Assembly (NCBI GenBank): GCA_001774495.1
Contig: MFAE01000006.1
Coordinates: forward strand, 5,356-69,355
Reading direction: 5' to 3'
From: Candidatus Campbellbacteria bacterium RIFOXYC2_FULL_35_25
GTDB taxonomy: Bacteria > Patescibacteriota > Minisyncoccia > Phycocordibacterales > UBA12079
DNA length: 64,000 nucleotides
Part shown: positions 59,401 through 64,000 of the stretch, in pieces
Position numbering within the stretch: position 1 is the stretch's first letter
Layout: every line of letters starts with the position of its first letter
Notes under the pieces: generated by a model
Told to the model about the DNA's origin: nothing
Seen by the model: the letters and a program-made list of their open reading frames with translations, nothing else
Database searches by the model: none
Position numbers and translations under genes: made by a program

Positions 59401-60120
59401 TGGGTGAACTGCCAAAGCGACGTTTCCAGGCAAAGTCCACGGAGTAGTTGTCCAAGCCAAAACAAAAGTTCCGGGCTCGTCTGCTAATTCAAACTTAACT
59501 GTCGCTGACAAATCTTTGATATCTTTATACCCCTGATTAACTTCAAAGTTTGAAAGGGTTGTTTCACACCGAGGGCACAAATGCATTGCTTTGTGTCCTT
59601 CGTAAATTAAATTTTTGTCATAGATAGTTTTAAAAATATGCCAGATAGACTCAGAGTAAGAAGTGTCCATTGTCTGGTAACTAGCATTCATATCCACCCA
59701 TCTACCTGTTCGTGGAATAATCTTTTTCCAATCAACATCATAACGAAGCACACTATTCTTGGCCGCTTCATTAAATTTTTCTACTCCATAATCATAGATG
59801 TCCTGTTTGTTTTTGAAACCTAGTTCATCTTCAATTAAATTTTCAATCGGCAAACCATGACAATCCCAGCCCCAACGACGAGAAACTTTTTTACCAAGCA
59901 TTGTTTGATAACGAGGAATGATATCTTTCATGGTTCCTGCCAAAATATGACCATAATGAGGTAAACCAGTAGCAAAAGGAGGTCCATCATAAAAAACAAA
60001 AGAGCCGTTGGGAGATTCCTTCTCGGTAGATTTTTCAAAAATTTTATTATCCTGCCAAAATTTCAGAACTTCTTCTTCACTTTTAGCAGTCTCGGATTTA
60101 TTATTATTTTTATCTTCCAT
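56437..60120 (-). CDS. ileS: Isoleucine--tRNA ligase (type 2) with inserted histidine-phosphatase domain
   Basis: DGPPFATGLPHYGH, GWDCHGLP, WTTTPWTLP, GTGIVHIAP, DWAISRTRFWG, DQTRGWFY, KMSKS; insert RHGEAENN..SSPFVRTKETA..LIVTH. Confidence 0.96.
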   Translation of the reverse strand: MEDKNNNKSETAKSEEEVLKFWQDNKIFEKSTEKESPNGSFVFYDGPPFATGLPHYGHILAGTMKDIIPRYQTMLGKKVSRRWGWDCHGLPIENLIEDELGFKNKQDIYDYGVEKFNEAAKNSVLRYDVDWKKIIPRTGRWVDMNASYQTMDTSYSESIWHIFKTIYDKNLIYEGHKAMHLCPRCETTLSNFEVNQGYKDIKDLSATVKFELADEPGTFVLAWTTTPWTLPGNVALAVHPNIDYLKIENTNEVKKIEPGETYESNFKKEYYWVAKEIFENKKTPITPREDEDMFDFLGHLVKNVNEITKGSELIGKSYKPLFDYYSKDKSLENHKNGWKIYGADFVTTEDGTGIVHIAPAFGSDDMELGKKESLPFVQHVSIDGKFKSEVGDGLAGLYVKPKDDHMATDIEMIKLLANREGGSVLFSKEKIEHSYPHCWRCHTPLLNYATSSWFLKVTGIKDEMIKANQEVNWVPENIRDGRFGKWLEGARDWAISRTRFWGAPLPVWRCQTRKIQSVEHKNQTKHETQNTNSQDNGCGKIKIIGSIDELRKETKGTNNYFVIRHGEAENNTLNVCSSKATNPHHLTEVGKEQVKEALEELKKKKIDVIISSPFVRTKETAEIISEGIGIKKTDIIFDERIIEAQVGDLEGKNVDEYRSFAGSLLGKFTQATSNGESLNETKNRVGDFIYDIDKKYSDKNILIVTHEYPAWFLLSVAKGLNAEKTVAFKEEENLFGNAEIRELDFAPLPHNKNYETDLHMPYIDKVEFDCECGGKMKRIAEVFDCWFESGAMPYASNHYPFENLDKFNPEKGIGFPADFIAEGTDQTRGWFYTSIVLATAMFGKTSYKNVIVNGMVLAEDGKKMSKSLKNYPDISYILDKYGADAMRYYMISSPIVRGEDLNFSEKGVDEILKKIILKVKNVYSFYELYKEDSKTKVNPQDSENILDKWILTKLNQLIKEVSIGLNNYELDRASRPIMDFVEELSTWYIRRSRDRFKGGNDKDRDYALATTQFVLREFSKVIAPFMPFLAEEIYQKVKGNDGLESVHLESWTKEVNIDEAILESMKKVKEIVSLALEARAELGIKVRQPLQSLTAYSPQATVMDEQMVEVIKDEVNVKMVVFGEHDEEKVELDATITPELKGEGRYRELLRNIQKLRKQENLVPSDLVELEVETNKEGEDLIKKFEVDLKKVAGIEEIKCGTNAELCRTDAEIIKIDDLVFKLKLNK

Positions 60121-60158
60121 ATTTTAAACTCTTTATATTGATAATTTTTCTAAAAACT

Positions 60159-60188
60159 TTAGCCAAAGGCTAATCAGCCTCCGGCTGA
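60159..60188. repeat. Twin mini-hairpin palindromic repeat
   Basis: TTAGCC-AAA-GGCTAA followed directly by TCAGCC-TCC-GGCTGA, in the ileS leader. Confidence 0.55.
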
Positions 60189-60259
60189 AAAAACTACCAA
60201 CTAAAAACTTAGTTTTAATATTACATCAAACACCCAGCTTGAGCAATTTAAAAAGATAT

Positions 60260-61510
60260 TTAAACAACAAAACCAAACAAAGGGCTTTTTCTATCAATGA
60301 CCTGATACTTAAAGCCTAATTTATCTAATCTTTTTAGTAACAGATTAAAATTTTCTTTTCTCGCCAATTCAACTCCAACCAAAGCTGGGCCGGACTCTTT
60401 ATTATTTTTCTTAAAATATTCAAACAAAACAATATCATCCCCAGGGCCCAAGGTTCTCTCGATAAATGTTTTCAAAACCCCAGCTCTTTGAGGGAACTCA
60501 ACTATAAAGTAATGCTTTAGTCCTTGATATTCCAAACTTCTCTCGATAATCTCAGGGTATCTACTAATATCATTGTTACCACCGCTTACAATACACACGA
60601 CAGTCTTCCCTTGTATCTTTTCGGCTAATTGCTCAATTGCAGATAAAGCTAAAGCCCCAGCAGGTTCCGTAACAATTCCATTATTTTGATAAAGCAAAAT
60701 CATTTCCTGACAAACCCTTCCTTCGGGAACTAGCAAAACTTTGTCTACGATTTTTTTACAAATTTCAAATCCTAATTTCCCAACAGTTTTAACGGCAGTC
60801 CCGTCTATAAACTTATCAATCTTATCTAAGGTAACTACCTCTCCTTTTTTTAATGATTGAAACATAGAAGGAACTCCCTCTGATTCTACCCCGATTAATT
60901 TAATCTTTGGGTATTTTGATTTCACATAGGTACCCAAACCAGAAATTAACCCTCCTCCCCCAATGGGAACAAAAATATAATCAGGGCTTTCTTCTAGTTG
61001 TTCTAAAATTTCTACGCCCACAGTCCCTTGCCCGGCGATAACCAACTCATCATTAAAAGGATGAATAAAAACCTTGTTTTTATTATCACTAAAATTCTTT
61101 GCTTTATGGCAAGCCTCATCAAATGTATCTCCAACAAGCACTATAGAAACCCATTTACCGCCGAACCTCCTCGCTCTTTCAATTTTTTGTTTAGGCGTAT
61201 TCTGTGGCATAAAAATATACCCTTTTATTTTTAACTTACTACAAGCGAAAGCAAAACCTTGAGCATGGTTCCCCGCGCTGCCACAAACAACCCCTCTTCT
61301 TTTTTCTTCAGGAGTTAACAGGGATATTTTATTGTAGGCACCCCTAAGTTTGTAAGATCTAACTGATTGCAAATCTTCTCTTTTTAAATAAACTTTTGCT
61401 TTATATTGCTTTGATAGCCTCTCGTTAAGCTGAAGGGGTGTTTTGATAACTATATCTTTTAGCCGGCCATAGGCTTCTTCTATTAATTTGGGAGTAATTT
61501 GTGATTTCAT
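60260..61510 (-). CDS. ilvA: Threonine ammonia-lyase (short form, one regulatory domain)
   Basis: LKREDLQSVRSYKLRGA, SAGNHAQG, PIGGGGL, EPAGAL, SGGNND, FPQRAG; start moved to ATG 61510. Confidence 0.95.
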   Translation of the reverse strand: MKSQITPKLIEEAYGRLKDIVIKTPLQLNERLSKQYKAKVYLKREDLQSVRSYKLRGAYNKISLLTPEEKRRGVVCGSAGNHAQGFAFACSKLKIKGYIFMPQNTPKQKIERARRFGGKWVSIVLVGDTFDEACHKAKNFSDNKNKVFIHPFNDELVIAGQGTVGVEILEQLEESPDYIFVPIGGGGLISGLGTYVKSKYPKIKLIGVESEGVPSMFQSLKKGEVVTLDKIDKFIDGTAVKTVGKLGFEICKKIVDKVLLVPEGRVCQEMILLYQNNGIVTEPAGALALSAIEQLAEKIQGKTVVCIVSGGNNDISRYPEIIERSLEYQGLKHYFIVEFPQRAGVLKTFIERTLGPGDDIVLFEYFKKNNKESGPALVGVELARKENFNLLLKRLDKLGFKYQVIDRKSPLFGFVV

Positions 61511-61517
61511 ATATTTA

Positions 61518-61898
61518 TTATTTATGAGCAATACAAGAGATTTCAACCAAAACATCCTTTGGAAGTCTCGCAACTTCAATAGTTGCTCGAGCGGGATATG
61601 GCTGTTGGGCAAATTTTTCTGCATAAATTTTATTCATCTCAACAAAATTATTCATATCAGAGAGATAAACTTCTGTTTTAACAACCTGAGACAAACTGGA
61701 ACCAGCCTCAGACAAAACAATCTTCAAATTTTCAATAACTCTTTCCGTTTGTTCTTTTATATTTTCACCCGCAATTTCACCAGTAGCAGGATCTACGGAA
61801 ATTTGCCCAGAACAAAAAATAAAATTATCAACTTCAATTGCTTGAGAATAAGGGCCAACGACTTGAGGGGCTTTGTTTGTTTTTATTTCTTTAATCAT
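61518..61898 (-). CDS. ridA: RidA-family enamine/imine deaminase
   Basis: GPYSQA, SGQI, PARATIEVARLP..VEI. Confidence 0.93.
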   Translation of the reverse strand: MIKEIKTNKAPQVVGPYSQAIEVDNFIFCSGQISVDPATGEIAGENIKEQTERVIENLKIVLSEAGSSLSQVVKTEVYLSDMNNFVEMNKIYAEKFAQQPYPARATIEVARLPKDVLVEISCIAHK

Positions 61899-61944
61899 AA
61901 TGTTCTAATAGTATCAAATTTCTAAATCTAACAAAAGTATTAAA

Positions 61945-61973
61945 AAAGCCGGCAGGGGGTACCTGCCGGCTTT
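61945..61973 (-). terminator. Terminator downstream of tRNA-Gln
   Basis: AAAGCCGGCAGG/CCTGCCGGCTTT stem with a U-tract on the minus strand. Confidence 0.8.
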
Positions 61974-62025
61974 CAAGAGTCTAGGACTAAAACCTAGAAA
62001 ATTATGCAAACTCTTGAAATAAGGT

Positions 62026-62099
62026 TGGCTGGGGGGCAGGGATTCGAACCCCGACAAGCAGACCCAGAATCTGCGGTCCTACCATTAGACAAACCCCCA
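62026..62099 (-). tRNA. tRNA-Gln (CTG)
   Basis: Cloverleaf with anticodon arm GCAGA-TTCTGGG-TCTGC, T-loop TTCGAAT and encoded CCA. Confidence 0.95.
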
Positions 62100-62112
62100 G
62101 CAAAATTAAAAA

Positions 62113-62241
62113 TGTGAAGAGAGATGAGGAAGAAAATCGGCGGCAGTGTCCTCACACACGCATTCGCCAACATCTCGCAAGTTTTAGCTTCCCAAAGAAG
62201 CCTGCTCTGGGCAATACTTGTAAAATGTATCTCTCTTCACA
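62113..62241 (-). ncRNA. Putative 129-nt rod-shaped RNA (6S-like candidate) upstream of tRNA-Gln
   Basis: 13-bp closing stem TGTGAAGAGAGAT/ATCTCTCTTCACA, inner irregular helix, TTGACG...TATAAT promoter upstream. Confidence 0.5.
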
Positions 62242-62293
62242 AAAAAGAGCAAATTTACATCATTATACTACCTAAATAAACTTTTACGTCAAG

Positions 62294-62383
62294 CTCCCAC
62301 ACCTTTCATAATATTATTAAATAATTTTACAAAAGAGATTTACCTATTTTTTCCAAAGAACGATATTATGAAAGGTGTGGGGG
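62294..62383. repeat. CCCCCACACCTTT inverted-repeat element, MITE-like copy
   Basis: Arms CCCACACCTTTCATAATAT / ATATTATGAAAGGTGTGGG around an AT-rich spacer. Confidence 0.8.
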
Positions 62384-62394
62384 CAAGCAAAAAT

Positions 62395-62427
62395 AAAATA
62401 CCCCGGCCTGAGGGCACGGGGTATTTT
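62395..62427 (-). terminator. Intrinsic terminator
   Basis: AAAATACCCCG..CGGGGTATTTT. Confidence 0.7.
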
Positions 62428-62553
62428 GGAATAAACCTAAAATTAGATGCGATTCGGTGAAGCGAGAGCAAAATGGAAGGAGGCGTATTACAATACGACG
62501 ACTGACATTTTGTGAATCGCGACGCCGAAGGGCGCTAATTTTGGGTTTATTCC
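62428..62553. repeat. ERIC-like 126-bp long palindromic element, copy 3
   Basis: Ends GGAATAAACCTAAAATTAG/CTAATTTTGGGTTTATTCC; central GAGGCGTATT-AC-AATACGACGA; overlaps the stop codon at 62547. Confidence 0.8.
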
Positions 62554-62981
62554 TCAATTCGAGAAAAACTTAAAGTATTTCCATTAGGCAAATAACTCAA
62601 TTCAAGTCTCTCAATACCAACAAATATTATCGTGTAAGTAAATTCCTCTTCATTAGTTATATTGATTAACTTATAGCCATCAACAAACCAGTTTCCAGAA
62701 TCAATCGACTTTCCGTCGTAAATACTCTCGAATCCCCCATTCTCATTAAAAACAATTACACTTTTAGAATCTTCTTTACTTTCCCAGCGACCAACAAAAT
62801 CTTTTTTCAAATCATAATTATCTTGATAATTATTTTCTTCGATAGCGATTGATTCATCGATAGCTTTTAATTCTTCATTAACAACTTCTTCGTTGGGAAG
62901 GTTTGGGAGAGTGTTTTTATAAAACCAACTTCCAACAGCGACCACAACTAAGATCAAAATAACATAAAATAAATTTTTCAT
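62547..62981 (-). CDS. Membrane-anchored lipocalin-like beta-barrel protein
   Basis: N-terminal TM; FVGRW..IVFNENG..GNW pattern. Confidence 0.65.
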   Translation of the reverse strand: MKNLFYVILILVVVAVGSWFYKNTLPNLPNEEVVNEELKAIDESIAIEENNYQDNYDLKKDFVGRWESKEDSKSVIVFNENGGFESIYDGKSIDSGNWFVDGYKLINITNEEEFTYTIIFVGIERLELSYLPNGNTLSFSRIEE

Positions 62982-63007
62982 ATAATAAATTAATTAAAAA
63001 ATAAAAA

Positions 63008-63092
63008 GAAGGAGGGAGGGGGTCGAACCCACCATAGATGTTTTACGGCAAGGCCGGTCATCTATTTAAGCAACCATTAATGCTTCTCCTTC
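63008..63092 (-). ncRNA. tRNA-like RNA lacking a canonical anticodon loop
   Basis: Acceptor GAAGGAG/CTCCTTC, D-arm AAGCA-TTAATGGT-TGCTT, T-arm GGTGGG-TTCGACC-CCCTCC; TTGCCC-17-TAATAT promoter upstream. Confidence 0.65.
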
Positions 63093-63156
63093 TTTACTAA
63101 CAATTTTATATTACATCAAAAAATTGACTTGGGCAATTCAATAAAACATGGATTAT

Positions 63157-64000
63157 TTAAAAACTTTCCTCAACCAAGCTCTTGGTTTCTGGGTCAATAT
63201 ATTTGATTTTATTTTCGTGTTTCTTTAAATCTATATGAGCCTCACAATAAAAAGAATCTTTTCCCCATTTCATAATAAACAAATGGTTTTTTTCGCCTAC
63301 TTCAAATGAAAATTTTCCATCAAAGGCGGGGTAGTTGTTTCTAAAACGACTCAACTTTAGTAACCTCTGAACAATCTTTCTTTTTAAATTTTTTTCAATT
63401 TCTTTTTTTGTATAATTATGTCTCATAATTTCACGACCCGTCTTTGTCTTATAAAGTCTTTTTAAATCATTACCCCCAGCCAATAGGCCGACATAAAAAA
63501 TCTGAGGGATCCCAGGCATAAAATATTGAATTATTCTTGCGTTTATATAGTCATCATGCTTTTTGTTAACAGCACAATAAAAACTACTATTAATTTGATT
63601 TATGTTCGTATTTCCAAATCCAAAACCTGACGCAATTTTGGCAGAAGAATTATCGAAAGAAAAAACTTTTTCTTTAATATCCTCTATTTCTTTTTCTGAC
63701 AAAAATCCTTCCACGTCTGAGATATCAATACCATCATGAGTATCCAAGACGGTCATGGCGTTTGTAGGTCTAACCTTTACCCATTCCTCTAAACGACGAC
63801 TACTTTGCGAAAAAATTGTGTGTAAGACAACTAGAGGCAGAGCAAAATCATAAACATAATCAACGCCTTTTATCTGAGACAATTTTATTTGGGAAATATA
63901 TTTAGAGTGAACTTCTGGTAAAACTTGCATTCCGTTACTGTGAGACGTCTTTGCTAGCCATTTTATAAAATTGTAGGTCTCTTCTATAAAAAAACCATTT
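63157..64000 (-). CDS. GH13_18 sucrose-phosphorylase-family glycoside phosphorylase, 5' end outside window
   Basis: LPEVH, VYDFALP, LDTHDGI, QINSSFY, PGIPQIFYVGLLAG.ND, GREI.RHNY; frame stays open to the window edge. Confidence 0.9.
   Translation of the reverse strand, partial: NGFFIEETYNFIKWLAKTSHSNGMQVLPEVHSKYISQIKLSQIKGVDYVYDFALPLVVLHTIFSQSSRRLEEWVKVRPTNAMTVLDTHDGIDISDVEGFLSEKEIEDIKEKVFSFDNSSAKIASGFGFGNTNINQINSSFYCAVNKKHDDYINARIIQYFMPGIPQIFYVGLLAGGNDLKRLYKTKTGREIMRHNYTKKEIEKNLKRKIVQRLLKLSRFRNNYPAFDGKFSFEVGEKNHLFIMKWGKDSFYCEAHIDLKKHENKIKYIDPETKSLVEESF

Noticed and set aside
574-61925. Many short opposite-strand or alternate-frame ORFs in the track (e.g. 2442-2837, 36707-37141, 53711-54088, 54946-55422, 61488-61925)
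   Set aside because: They lie within well-supported genes, have shadow-like Ser/Phe/Ile-rich composition and lack motifs.
62124-62279. 51-aa plus-strand ORF (MRKKIGGSV...)
   Set aside because: It overlaps the minus-strand promoter and the 13-bp-closed RNA structure feeding tRNA-Gln; the RNA interpretation is preferred, but the ORF is not excluded.
63008-63092. Standard tRNA or tmRNA call for the tRNA-like element
   Set aside because: No 7-nt anticodon loop with U33, no CCA, no G3-U70 alanine identity and no tag reading frame.
1-64000. CRISPR array, prophage or rRNA
   Set aside because: No regularly spaced repeat-spacer units, cas genes, phage structural genes or rRNA-like sequence were seen.
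1-64000. Alternative genetic code (UGA=Gly, as in Gracilibacteria/Absconditabacteria)
   Set aside because: Long conserved genes translate full length under code 11 with no in-frame TGA breaks.

Overview
AT-rich bacterial chromosome segment (standard code 11) with almost all genes on the minus strand. Gene content and style fit a CPR/Patescibacteria (Parcubacteria-like) genome; this is an inference from the stand-alone VirD4-like ATPase, PIF1 helicase, RAYT, lamin-tail protein, type-2 IleRS with an inserted histidine phosphatase, alpha2 GlyRS and many leaderless genes. Left to right: a glycerate kinase/ppsA/eno/2-hydroxyacid dehydrogenase cluster, a PIF1 helicase, secA, a REP-flanked RAYT, murB, and a ~22 kb surface-glycan locus (ligase-TPR, flippase, sulfotransferase, methyltransferases, GT4s, GT9s, epimerase). 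That locus is interrupted by an unannotated AbrB-like gene with a 40-bp perfect palindrome and by an integrase-less two-gene integron cassette array. Then come a lamin-tail protein, a VirD4-like ATPase, a 1385-aa TSP1/SH3/LamG mosaic surface protein, metG, glyQS, recO, ileS, ilvA-ridA, tRNA-Gln and a partial GH13_18 phosphorylase. The most interesting non-coding signals are a promoter-driven tRNA-like RNA with no anticodon loop, a 129-nt rod-like RNA upstream of tRNA-Gln, three 124-126 bp ERIC-like hairpins abutting stop codons, a CCCCCACACCTTT inverted-repeat family abutting promoters, and several self-contained orphan mini-genes. All family assignments come from motif reading by eye; no database searches were run.
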